Shown: positions 1 to 12,008 of the stretch, piece after piece | Numbering within the stretch: position 1 is the stretch's first letter | Layout: each line of letters starts with the position of its first letter | Assembly: GCA_000934665.2 (NCBI GenBank) | Contig: JYFJ02002041.1 | Coordinates: forward strand, 1-64,000 | Length of the DNA: 64,000 nt | Source of the DNA: Catajapyx aquilonaris | Taxonomy: Eukaryota | Reading direction: 5' to 3' | Position numbers and translations under genes: made by a program | Notes under the pieces: model-generated | The model's input: the letters and a program-made list of their open reading frames with translations, nothing else | Databases searched by the model: none | Told to the model about the DNA's origin: nothing

Positions 1-621
1 GATGTCAGTGGTATCGGATGGTATCGATTTTGAACGAAATGCATGCAGTGTTGCCAATGGCGTTGCCTAGGTGCGCGCAACCCGGACACTACCTTTGTCA
101 GGCTCACCATGACAGGTGTAATTTTAGCATATTTTGAGTCATTGACACGAATTTCCTTGTATTTTCCCAGTCTACAGGCTAATTTCCAATTGAGTTTCCC
201 TGTTTTCCCTGACCGCTGGTCCCCCTCCTCCCCCGTGAACACCCCTCTACCGTTCCACCCTCCTGCACCCACATCTTCACATCTTCGGCACATCTTCACA
301 TCTTTGGCAGCTAACAGCATAGCTAACAGTGACCTCACAACAGTGGAGGGGGAGAGGAGGGGGGAATGGAACACCGTAAACAAAGCAAACCGAACATTGG
401 CCAAGGTCGGGATGTTGTTTATCAGTGGTGCCAATGCCATGGACCTTCATAAACTAAGTAAAGTAATTTCAGATTTTTTAAACAAGGTCCTTACTGGCAG
501 CACTGTGGGAAGTGTTGGTAAGCAGGATTGGCCTCAATATTCAACACGGAACCCGGATACAGGCTGAGAACGTCAAAATAAAGTGGCAGGGAGAATTAAA
601 CCAGTTTCGGATCATCTAATA

Positions 622-843
622 CAGTGCTGGACATATTAGCCGTCGCTGAATCGAGTGAGTGAGTGTGCAGGCAGAAGAGACCCGTCGCTGGGTCGCCCGC
701 GTCACTCACTCGATTTGTAAACAGTGGCAACAATGGAAGAGCTCTCCATGAGCTGATGTCTGAATTGGCCCGCCGGAGAGGGTTGCCAGGTAACGCCGCC
801 GCCGGAAAAAAACATTCAGCGACGGCTAATATGTCCAGCACTG
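622..843. mobile_element. Tc1/mariner-type MITE (222 bp)
   Basis: Perfect 30-bp terminal inverted repeats CAGTGCTGGACATATTAGCCGTCGCTGAAT (622-651 / 814-843) with TA on both sides (620-621, 844-845). The CAGTG start and TA target duplication are typical of Tc1-like elements. No transposase ORF. Confidence 0.88.
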
Positions 844-1445
844 TACAAACACTGCCAATTTCCATGGCTGTTTATAATAAAGGGAAGTACCGGAAGTTAT
901 GAGCAGTTAGAGAAAAACCTGGTCGGAAAGTGCGCATATAATTTAGATATTGTGTGAGTGCATTCAGGTAGAGGCAGTAGTGGTTGTGAATTTCTGTTCA
1001 TACAATAATTGGGTTTTTTTTAAAATCCAAAAGGTATTGGTATGTTGAAGTGGGCAAATGCATATTTCCCAGCCAATGCAAATGTGGGATTTCGGATGGG
1101 TCACAGGGTAGGGAATCACAGATATATGAATCCACGGAGGAACGGGTGAGGGTGGGGGATATACATATGATTGGCATCAACACTGGGTATAAGTCCGAAG
1201 TGATTGAAAATATGGTGGACACTGTAGGCCGCAGGACTAGAAAAAAGCCAGTGAAGCGAGTGGTTTTGTACGCCTGTGGCGTAGAAAAATGCGAGCGTAG
1301 CGAGGGTTTTTCTAGTTTGCTTTAAAATGAAAATTAAGATGATGGAATGTTCATTACCACCTTTTGTGGGCATTTGAAAATTCAAAATTCTAGATATCTG
1401 AACCTGCTGCGCATCTCAAGGAACAGACATGAAAATAGTGTGGTA

Positions 1446-1577
1446 CAGCGATGACTCTGGATATGACAGCCTCGGCTTGAAAGGCTCTAGTCCCAGCTTA
1501 CTTCCATAATATGGCCTGCGTATATGGCTATACAATTTCCAGTCCCTTGAAGTCTGTTATACCCAGAGTCATCCACT
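1446..1577. mobile_element. Possible degenerate MITE
   Basis: 19-bp inverted repeat with 2 mismatches (ATGACTCTGGATATGACAG 1451-1469 vs 1554-1572), preceded by TACAG. The right-hand terminus and TSD are not clean. Confidence 0.4.
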
Positions 1578-1678
1578 AAAAATTACAATAAAACAATGCA
1601 ATTGATTCTTGAGTCCAGTCTTTCAGTCCGTTGCAACTGTTGGCACCCGCTTTCTCATCCCATCATGCCCAATCTCAC

Positions 1679-1996
1679 CTGGTCCTGCCTTCCTCCTTCT
1701 CCACTTCCACCCCCTGATGTCTCCTCCTCCCTGTCTGGATGAGCCTGTCCGCTGTTGCCCTCCTCCTCCTCCCGTGGCTCCTCCTTGACCCTCACGGCAC
1801 CCGCTTCCCACCTTCTCTTGGCCTCCTCATTGTTGAAGGTGATTACGGCCGGCTCCACTGGCTCCTCCTGGACCTCCACCTTGACCCTGTCCCACCTGGA
1901 GTGGGTGAAGCTGTGCGCCATCAGGTCGATCTTCCTCTTGAACACCCTGTTGGGGCATTGGGTACAGGGGAACCTGCCCAGTTTCAGCATCTCCAT
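1679..1996 (-). CDS. First coding exon of a C2H2 zinc-finger protein (partial; downstream exons not identified)
   Basis: Kozak gccATGG at 1996; FPCTQCPNRVFKRKIDLMAHSFTH is a C2H2 finger; VKVE/VKEE SUMO-type motifs; ends at a phase-0 donor CAG|gtgaga at 1679. Confidence 0.65.
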
Positions 1997-2895
1997 GGCT
2001 GATGGGACGGGTCTCTGGGATCTCTCTCTCTCCTCGGGGCACTCTCCTCTAACTCTGCACCTTTGTCTGGATGTGGAGACCACCTAGTCCCCTCCTCCTG
2101 AGACCCCAGAGCAGGCAGCAACAATCCTCCTTCCAACCAGACCTCGACAACACGTCGCAACAATCAACCGGCTTCCTTCCTTTCTCACTCACACAGACAA
2201 ACTGAATGAAAGACAACCCGATTCAGAGAGTTCCCCTTCCCTCCGCCATGAGTGGTAGTTGTGGCGCCACTGCATGAAATCTTCTCCACCACGCGTGACA
2301 GCTGAGGACATCTGACGGGTAAAAAAACGAACCACCCTCCAGAGCCTATTTCAAATGGGATTCTCCATCTCTCACTCACCAAAGTTTCGAGGTCATGCAA
2401 AGCCAACATGCCTCCAGGTCACAGGTCAAACTGCTGGATTGGTTCTCTGCAGCTTGGAACCAAAGTATTTTTGCACTGCAGACGCTCAGAATTCAGGAAG
2501 TAGATCTGAATCGCCATTGCGGCAATTTCACATTCAGGCGAGCAACAAATCGGCAGGTAATGAGCCACAATAATTGTCAGTTACGGATATATATTTCCTA
2601 CTATTCGGTTCATTATTTCATTTTCAGGGGCTCCCTCCGGGATCCTTCAGTGGCCTCTCCTCTTGATTGGATTTGCTACGACTTTCAGGTGTGTTAGATA
2701 CTTCTCGATTCAAATGTTTATTTGTTGTAATAAACTTGTGGAAAATGCACAAATATAACCTCAAGCACACTCTCTTATTAGCAAATAACACGTGAAATAT
2801 TTGTACTGGTATATACCAAAGCGGTTTACTTGTAAAAGGCATCTCGACCGTCGTGTCACTGGCTGTTTGTTATCTTTGCCCCAAATGCGCCAGGC

Positions 2896-5183
2896 TTAAC
2901 AGCCGTAGTTGTAAGCATTGCCAAAGTCGCCGACATCGTCGTCATCGTCATCATCACCTTGATCCGACGATATCGACGTCGAATAGTGATCCGGAGACGA
3001 GTACGAGGAGTCCATGGAGCTGAACGAGTTCCTGCTGATGATGTCGTCTTCATCGTCGTCGTCGTCGTCGATGTCGTCGATGTTTTCATAATCCATCATG
3101 GTGTCGTTAGTCTCGCAAGTCGACAGCTCCTCTTCCTGCAACAGGAACACAATTAGTTTGTTATCCCCCTTCCAACAATGTCACACTGTCCCTCCCACCG
3201 TTATCCCAGTATTGGTCAGGTTGGCACCCGAGAAGTTGCAGTCATCCAACTTGGCCATGGTCAAGGTGGCACCCTCCAGTTTCGCCCGTTGAACCTCACA
3301 TCCAGTCAAGGAGGACTCGGAAAGATCCGCATCTGCAATACATATACGAGGGGGCGAAAAAGAAATTGTGCAACTCTGCACACGAACGCAAGAACTAACT
3401 TCGCATGTCAGCCTCGGTCATATCGGCCTTGAAAAACTCGCAGAATTTCATACGAGCGTTTCTCAAGCAGACTTCGGTCAGCGTGGTTCCTTCCATCTGG
3501 CACGAATTCATCATCGCACCTCTCAACGACGCTCCTGCAAAACAACACTACTTGAGACTTTGCACGTAATTAACACAACTTTTTCTCCGTACCTGTGAAA
3601 TCCGCGAAGGAGAGATCCGCATTCTCCATCCTGCAACGCCTCATGTTGGAATGACGGAAGTTGCAGAGAGACAGGTTGATCCCGGCGAAGTTCAGACCTT
3701 CCAGGTTCACTCCGGACATGTCCGCCCCCGAAAGGTCAGCCGAACTGATGCGATGACTCTCCGAGAGAGCCTTGATGACCTCATCACGAGTCATCTTCCG
3801 ATCTCTGATTATCAGGTGCTCCAGCTCAGGGATCATCGACTCCACCCCATAGAAACGTGCCTCTTCCAGCACGCCTTTGAAAAGTTTCAATATTAATGGG
3901 GGTCCTATAGCCAACATTTTTGCAAAACCATGCAAAAAAAATCGGCATTATTTTCAACAAAATTCTGGCGCTTTTTGTTTGAAGAAATACGCATTAGTTT
4001 TTGAGATACGATCAATCTAAAATGATGTACTGAGAGGGCAATATGACACCGTATTCGGTGTCATATTGCCCTCTGAGTACGTCACTGTGGCTAAACAGAT
4101 CGGTACAGAGGCAGGAATGTACCTCGCCTTTGATGGCGACGTGTGGGCGAACGGAATCGAACGACCGCCAAATATAAAGCAGGTGAAGCAGTTTGTTGAC
4201 GTCACTGCGGTTAGGCAGGAGTGGGAATGCGCCCTTTAGACCACGCCCCCCTTTTCTCCCGCCAATTTGAGAGTGACGAATGACATTTTTGGTGCTGAAA
4301 AGTGGCCTAGTGTAATCCAGTGTGAGGCACACAAAATACCTTTTGGATTGAGGTGTTTGTCCAGGCAGACCTGTCCGTGCCTGAGGTAGTTGAGTACCGG
4401 CTCGAAGTAACGCGAACTCCTGTCGATCAGGTACGCTCCGTTACGATCAACGTCGCTTGGAGTCATCACAAAGTCGCCGCATCCGTTGTCAGCAAACATC
4501 CTTGAATTGATGAAGGGCTCAATAATCTGAACTTTGTTTCAATTGGCACGTACACACTGTACCTGGCCAGCATGCTCTCAGGCTCCTTGCTGGTCAAAGT
4601 GTTCCTCGAAGTGGTGAACATCTCGCCTCCTACGTTCAGTGTGATCCACTTCCTATTAATCCCTTTGCTGGCTTCAGACGCTTCCGAGATGAAATCCTCT
4701 CCCTCTGACACATACAGCACATCGTCATTCCTGCCAAAAAAACAATTCGGGCCACATCATCTTACATATGGTATATAAAAGGGAAAGTTTGTTTGTTTGT
4801 TTGCCCCATACCACCCCGCCCTTCCTTCTCTGCTGCCTCCCCCTCCACTACTTTACCTCCTTCCCNCTTGCAGAGGACAGGGTAGTATAACGCCCTGGTG
4901 GACTTTGTCCGCGCAGTGACTCATCACCAACGTGCAGGTACCTTAGCAGGTTGATGGCGCCATCGATTTCGGCTCCTTCCTTCGTGAAGAACCTCTTGGC
5001 TCTGATGCCAAGAACAGATCTGGCCACATCCATCAGATTGTTCCAGGACTCGGGCAATTTCACCACCTGCAATTATATTAGTAATTAAATCATTGGTGTA
5101 CAGTAATTGGCTGCTGTACTGTATATATATACCTTTGCGCCAGATCGGTGTCCATTGCGAACCAGAATTATTCGGTCCATCAT
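2896..5183 (-). CDS. KCTD9: KCTD9-like BTB/POZ + pentapeptide-repeat protein, paralog A (Asp-rich C-terminal tail)
   Basis: Exons 5183-5133, 5066-4942, 4730-4563, 4500-4340, 3874-3593, 3534-3400, 3332-3199, 3135-2896 join in frame with GT-AG introns. KCTD9-type N-terminus (NDDVLYVSEGEDF), T1-type BTB (WITLNVGGEMFTTSRNTL...AYLIDRSSRYFEPVLNYLRHG), then ADLSG-type pentapeptide repeats. Confidence 0.88.
4027..4080. repeat. Intronic hairpin/palindrome
   Basis: AGAGGGCAATATGACACCG-tatt-CGGTGTCATATTGCCCTCT: perfect 19-bp stem, extending to 25 bp with one mismatch, in intron 4 of KCTD9-A. Confidence 0.9.
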
Positions 5184-5520
5184 ACGACGCTTTCGACAAT
5201 AAACGATGGCCTCCAAACATTGCATAGCCTAGCAACATACATCCTGGGGTTTTATGCATACAAAAGTACATGTAATGAGAGTTGCAGGTCATACAGGATG
5301 GAAAATTACTCTTGGTGTTTACACGATCCAGTAGCCATGCCCTGCGCTATATATGGACCAATCATGTGCCACCTTCCATCCTTCCCGACCAATAGGGTCG
5401 AACCGGCAACATGTCACGCCCACACTGAGAATCATCAGAACTGTGGTGTTCTTTTTTCGTTCTTCTGCAAGTTCTCCATAGTTCTCCATAGTTCTTCAGT
5501 CGACGAGCTAATGTCTCAGA

Positions 5521-6904
5521 ATGGCAGACATATGGGACGTCAGCATTAAGGTGGAGACGCAGGAGGAAGAACAGGAGGGAAGGTATAGTCAGCCGCTTGT
5601 ATAGTTCCATTCCAAAGGAAATTCTAATGGTTGGTCATTATTTTACAGCAACGAACTAGACTATAAGAAGGTAAGGCAGCCAAAATGAATACTGCACAAT
5701 TACATGCTCACCGTTGGTTTATATGCCGCTAGTTGTATGAAGAACAGAAGGAAAACGAGGAACGGCAGCAGGCGCAGCTGCTGAGACTTCAAGCGGAGAA
5801 CAACCGATATCGGGCCAAGACGGCTAGGGCGGAAATGCAGAAAATGCAGGTAACGTGCCGGGCGCCTCATTCGCATTCCGTGTTATCCAGACTACTTACG
5901 TACAGCCAGTGGAGGATGATACGCCGAGGAAGAACAAGCGGATTCGGGGTGCCAACTGGTCGCCCGAGGAGCGTACGACCCTTCTGCGGCTTTGCAGCAA
6001 ACGAGAGCAGGACATTCGGAGCAAGGAGTGCGACGGGGTGACTATCAATAAGAAGAAAGAGGCCTGGGCGTACATATACCGTGGGTTTATATCCGCGCAT
6101 GGAATAAGTGCGGACCGCAGCATGAAGCGATTGAAGCAGCAGTATTGGCGGCTTAAGGCGGCGGAGAAGGATAAGTATCCTGGAATTGCGGGCATGGTGG
6201 AATCGGGTAGTCCGTCGACTGATCACTCGCAGGAAATGACTATGCCGATGGAGACTCTGCCACTCGGTGAATTTTCCATGCCAATTAGCAGCTACTATTC
6301 AAACAGCAGTGATGAGGTAAGTGCAACAGGAAGCGGACCAGGCGCAATTTAACAATATTTGCGCTTTCAGGGCGGCATGGAGAGTGATAGCAAGGCGCTA
6401 GTACCAGACGTGTCGGCCACTACTACCCAGGAACTGGCAGGGTCAAGTCGACGGTCGACTGAGCTAGTTCTGCCCACCTCATCCGTATCGACTTCCATGC
6501 CGCAGCATTCGATACTCTTGGCTCCTCCACTAACGCCGACCTCGGAGCAGCTGACGTCACTGGTAACGTCGCTGCTTCCACCAGTGTCTTCCCCTGATGC
6601 TTGCGAGATGCCCGCGAATCAAGAGTCGGAGGATGACAGAGGCAGCAGCAGATGGGTTCATTCTAACCATGTGGCGGCTCTTGAAAAGAAGATGCTGGAG
6701 CAAAAGAAGGAGTGCAAAGCGGCACTGCTGGAGCAGGATAAGGAGTACAAGCTGAAAATGCTGGAGCTGGAAATGGAGTACAAGCAGAAGAAATGGCAGC
6801 ATAAGCTTCAAGTGTCCGACCTCATGATGAAGATGGAACGGGAAAAACACGAGCACAAAATGAGGGTTCTGCAAGCCATGCGTGACTTTATGATGAAAAT
6901 ATGA
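5521..6904 (+). CDS. Myb/SANT-like DNA-binding domain protein (MSANTD/Myb_DNA-bind_5 type) with C-terminal coiled coil
   Basis: Exons 5521-5582, 5649-5670, 5733-5849, 5891-6316, 6371-6904 in frame. RGANWSPEERTTLLRLC...INKKKEAWAYIYRGF...RSMKRLKQQYWRLK matches the Myb/SANT-like fold. E/K/M-rich coiled-coil tail. Confidence 0.82.
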
Positions 6905-7685
6905 GTGATCACGTTCGAAGTGATGCGGATTTGTGGAGGTTACAAATAATTTTAGTTTCAATCCTGACTTCAGCGTGCTACGTACAGTTGATAACTGGAC
7001 AAGAAAGGTGTTGTGAAAGTTGCGTCATGCAGATTGATGTTACATAGGTTTTGGCTGTTTTCATAACATTTTAAGATGTAAATATATGTACAGATTATGA
7101 GTTTTTGTACGATAGACTGTCGTTTTATTATGTCAAAAAATATGGGAAGAAAAACAGATAGCGAGACGTCTGTCGCAGGATTATGACGCATCAATCGTAG
7201 CAGTTGTCGTTTTTTTCCGTATAATTTCTTACGTAGTACGAAATAAGAGCATGTGCGATGAGTGGTTTTATATTGAAGTGACCTTGCAATGCTTGTCAGC
7301 GCTAATTTGGCTGTTGCATGCTGAACCATTCTCCACTCAACCTTGAAGCATTGAGAAGACAACTAGATGCCTTGTGTTAAATTGAATCCACTGTGATAAG
7401 ATCAGGTTAGGAAAATTGGTGAACCGTTAGAATAATGAAACTGCAGGTCGTAATTCTGAATCTCGGAGCAAATTAATGTAAGTTTTTAAAACATTCAAAT
7501 GCATCAAGTGTGTGTGGGTTCATTCCAGAGTGGTCAGCTGATGCTGCAAAAAAGTGAAGGGATTTGACCTACTTGGCTGGCAGCATCGGTGGCAGAAGTT
7601 TCGTTATAAGGCAAGTTAAAAATATATTGTGTCCAAAGTTGCGCTTATGAACTGATATTCTAATAATTGTTTTATTACTTCCAGA

Positions 7686-9692
7686 ATGAAACGAGTGACA
7701 TTATTTAAAAACGGAAGCCACGTAAACGGAAAGGTATGAAATACGTATGGCTCGAAGTCCAGAATGCACCAAACCCATTACGTTTAAAAGCGTGTAATTT
7801 CACGGCCGCAAAAAAGTAAATTGAAGTCCCCTCTTTTTTGTGTCCCCCTTTGGCCTTGATTTTGATACCGACACAGGTTCAGATGATGGAATGTATTGTG
7901 TAAAATAATATTAGGTAACAATCAATTTTCGGTTAAAATTTTTGTCAGCGCATTACCGAAGATGCGATGGCCCATTTTTGTTAAATTCGTTGTGAAATTG
8001 CTTTGTAACACCTTATTAATGACTATGGTTTCAGATGATTTTGGTGTCGAATTCATGGGATGAACTGATAGAAAGCGCCAGTTCAGCAGTGGATTTTCCT
8101 GTGGGAAGAATATTCGGAGAAAAAGGAGGGGAACTTACTGACGTTGAACTGATTTTGTGAGTATTTTATTCAGTATTAATATGGTGCGTGCTTATTTCGC
8201 AATAATATTTGCAGAAACGATGACGTTTTGTATGTGTCTGAAGGCGATGATTTTGTGCCGCCATCTGGTGTGACAACCTGCGATTGGATCATACTTAACG
8301 TGGGAGGGACAGTTTTCGCAACCTCAAAGAGCACTTTGACCAACAAAGAACCGCACAGCACTCTGGCCAAGTAAGCCCTTTAATTATTAATCTAGCCACT
8401 CTTTATTAACTGTTAACTATTGCTATTACAGAATGTTTGGCGAGAATCAATCGGTCCCACGAGACCATACCGGCGCTTTCTTGGTGGATCGCAGCCCACT
8501 TTATTTCGCACCTATTCTAAACTACCTTAGGCATGGACATCTGATACTGGATGAGCATGTCAACCCAAAAGGTGACGTTGAATGTCGTCCTACAAACATT
8601 TTCCATCCAACTATACCATATTTTATTTATAGTTCCTATTAACTTCTACATGATTTTGACTAGGTGTGCTGCAAGAGGCTCGCTACTTCGGCATAGAAAC
8701 GCTGATTCCAACATTAGAATCGCTAACTCGTAGGACCTTTACGAGGAGAGACTTCTTCAAAATTTTGGGCACCAGAACCACGGACACACTTCAGCTGCAG
8801 GGTGTCACCCTGCAGGGATTGGACCTGTCGGAAATGGATCTCAGGAGCATTAATTTCATCCGGGCCAATCTGTCCTACTGCAACCTGAGACGGATCCAAA
8901 TGACCGACTGTGACCTTGGATATGCTAATTTGTCCCATGCAAATCTGAGGGATGTGAAACTGCAATGTTGCCGTCTGTGGAAAACGGATCTGACCAACGC
9001 AGACTTAACAGGTGCTTGAATCGTAAACTTTGCTTTGTTCCACTATAGCTACCCAATGTACTTTTAGGTGCTGATTTGCAAGGGGCGTCCTTCGAAAAAG
9101 TGAGCTTGAGGCGAGCAACTTTAACGAGAGCCATCCTTCAGCACTGCACGTTTCAGGAGGTGGACATGAAAAACGCAGATATGACGCAAACGAACTTGAT
9201 CTGGGCCAATATGGAAGGCTGTAGCATAGAAAGAGTTTGTTTGCGGGGAGCCATGCTGAGCAACGCCAATCTTCGGAAATGCAAAGTGCGGGAAACGGAT
9301 CTGAAGGCGTGCGATTTAACCGGTGAGATGCTGGTTAGGAAGTAACGGTTTCGTAATTTAATTTATTTCCCATATGACAGGTGCAAATTTGCAGAAGGCC
9401 AGCTTGGAAGGATCGCAAATGGAAGGAGCCTGTTTGGCAAGAGCAAGTTTGCAAAATGCGTCCATCGAGGACTGCAACTTGAGCGGAATTAATCTGACCA
9501 ACGCTCATTTAGAGGTTAGCCGGAATGTGTGATAGTTGCTTGCAGATATTATGAACTAATGTAAATAATTCTCTGTAATAATTGCAGATGTGTGATCTTC
9601 ACCACTGCGAAATGAAAGGAGTAAATATTAAAGGCGCAAATATTCACTGCGCTCGTAACGTTAATTGGGATGGTATCATATATTCTGACTAA
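7686..9692 (+). CDS. KCTD9: KCTD9-like BTB/POZ + pentapeptide-repeat protein, paralog B
   Basis: Exons 7686-7733, 8035-8156, 8215-8370, 8432-8571, 8664-9011, 9068-9322, 9381-9514, 9588-9692. Starts MKRVTLFKNGSHVNGK (KCTD9-like); BTB WIILNVGGTVFATSKSTL...AFLVDRSPLYFAPILNYLRHG; long pentapeptide-repeat region. Confidence 0.9.
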
Positions 9693-10390
9693 TTCCTTCG
9701 TCGCATTCCGTCATTGTACAGGGTGATCCAAAATGTGTGTCCAATTGGCCAAATTTATAGCAAAAAAACATTGTAGAAGATAAAAATGAGATGAAGCCAC
9801 TGGAGGGCAAATGTACTTTATTATAATTACTGTGTATGTACCGGTACTGTATTCACACAATATATAATTCCAAATAAAGTGCCTCTTTTTTTTGGGGGGG
9901 GGGGGGCTTCCTACAGGTTTAATTAAATGTGCCACAGGTATTATTTACATGGAAAATTAAATTTTCGCGGCATAAACTTCGCCATAAATTTAATTTGAAA
10001 AATTCGCGCCGTCACCTGCTGCCATCTGGGAGCTAACAAACGAACTTTAATGTTGACTTGCACATGTAAACCAACAGACGATTGTATCGTCAACTATTTC
10101 CAACAATTATTTTGCAGAAGCCGGTTTTCAGCACGCAGCAGGTTTGCATGATTTTTTTTGCAAAATTTAAGAGCTTTAAATATTTTTGGGGGGAAACGAC
10201 ATCAGTTAAAATTCGCACTGCCTGTCTGGTTAGATGATTTTTCTGACAAATTTAACGGTTGGTAAAGAGCTAGCCGCAGTTTAAATACATTTAATTTTTT
10301 TTATTATGTACAATGCGTTCAGTGTTATTTAGCCAATTTGACATCCAGTGTATTGCCAATAATATTTTCAGAATACTTGCGGAGGTCGCA

Positions 10391-11466
10391 ATGTCGCAGT
10401 CGTACTTGGAGGAGGTTCAGGCGCACTTCAAGAGCAACAACCGCATCAGGGATTACCAAGCGCACAGCGCCAAGGTGCACTCGGTCGACTGGAGCTGCGA
10501 TGGGAGGAGGCTCGCTTCCGGATCTTTCGACAAATCCGTCTGCCTTTTTCTGCTTGATAGGGACAGGCTGGTATGCTCTTTGACGTTTCGGTTGGTGAAA
10601 GTGCTAATTCCTTATTAATTCGCAGAGCAAGGAGCATGTGTTCCGCGGTCATGGCGACAGTGTGGACCAACTTTGCTGGCATGCGACGAATGCGGATCTG
10701 TTGAGTACCGCCAGTGGGGATAAGACTGTGCGCATATGGGACGCCAGGTCTGTCAAGTGTGCTGCGACCGTCAACACGAAAGGGGAGAACATCAACATTG
10801 CGTGGTCGCCCGATGGCCACACTATTGCTGTGGGCAACAAGGAGGACCTGGTGACCTTCATTGACACCCGCACCCACAAGGTGAAGGCGGAAGAGCAGTT
10901 CAAGTTCGAGGTCAACGAGATCTCATGGAACAAGGAGAGCAACCTCTTCTTCCTGACCAACGGCCAAGGCTGCATCCATATTCTGAGCTACCCGGAGCTT
11001 ACCCTGCAACATGTGCTGCAAGCCCACCCCGGAAACTGCATCTGCATTGAATTTGATCCCACCGGAAAGTACTTTGCTACCGGTTCCGCCGATGCCCTGG
11101 TGTCCCTCTGGGATGTGGACGAGCTGGTTTGCGTCCGAACATTTTCACGGTTTGTATTCATCTTTTTGCCCTAAATGATGTGTTGTTGTAATGTATAATT
11201 TTTTCAGACTCGACTGGCCAGTTCGTGCAATCAGCTTCAGCCACGACGGACGCATGTTGGCCTCGGCGTCGGAAGACCTGGTGATAGACATTAGTGAGGT
11301 CGAAAGTGGGGAGAAAGTGGCGGACATACCAGTGGAGGCCCCAACCTTCACAGTTTCATGGCATCCAAAGAAGAATCTCATTGCGTACGCTTGCGACGAC
11401 AAAGACAAGTACGACAGGGAGCGGGATGCCGGAACGCTCAAGGTCTTCGGCTTTCCATCAGACTGA
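10391..11466 (+). CDS. THOC3: THO complex subunit 3 (TEX1), WD40 protein
   Basis: Exons 10391-10570, 10626-11149, 11208-11466. AHSAKVHSVDWSCDGRRLASGSFDK, TKGENINIAWSPDG, FATGSADALVSLWD and C-terminal REAGTLKVFGF-like (RDAGTLKVFGF) are characteristic of THOC3. Confidence 0.95.
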
Positions 11467-11577
11467 ACACTTTCTTTTTAATAAGTGTTTGTAATATGTT
11501 GGTAATAAAATCATTTCTGCCACGCTGAGTAATATGCGAATATACAGTACCGTCGTCATATTGCGAAAAAAAAATCG

Positions 11578-12008
11578 TATCGATATGACTACCTGGCAGC
11601 ATTTTGGCGCGCTGTGTAGACTCGCATATAGCCTTTATGAGTCCGGTACCTTTGGGAATGAGCATGAAGCGAGCCTATTCCGGATTTGTTTCCAGGTATT
11701 ATCCGGATGAGGGCAGCACCATCGGAATCCGACCCACGCCTCTTTCATCGTCTACAACTCGGCAAAAGTGGTCCTCGCGTGTGCGTGTCTCGCCCCTGGT
11801 CTCTGCCCCTAGTGTGAGCATCGGATGCAGCCTAGTAGGTAGGGATATCTAGTAGGGGTAAGAAGGGAAGTTAAGCGGGGTGCGAACCATGCCGTGCTCC
11901 AGCCATGCCTCGTGGCCACTAGGCTAGATAATAGAGATAGTACTACAGGCAAGGCGCTAGATTGGCGGGAAAAATATTGGCCAAACAATGGGATTTTGGC
12001 GCGCCAAA
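11578..12008 (+). promoter_or_regulatory. Putative distal promoter and first exon of the ENT gene (DRE + three E2F-type sites)
   Basis: TATCGATA 11578-11585; TTTTGGCGCG 11602-11611; TTGGCGGGAAAA 11962-11973; palindromic TTTGGCGCGCCAAA ~11995-12008; donor AG|gtaggg at 11838. Confidence 0.5.

Noticed and set aside
46..505. hAT-like element bounded by CAGTGTTGCCA / TGGCAGCACTG
   Set aside because: Only 11 bp with a mismatch, no 8-bp TSD, and the motif is common elsewhere in the window.
43..567. 174-aa plus-strand ORF
   Set aside because: No recognisable domain or splice context; probably intronic to the minus-strand zinc-finger gene.
9717..9850. mariner-like terminus TACAGGGTGATCCAAAA
   Set aside because: No matching second TIR found nearby.
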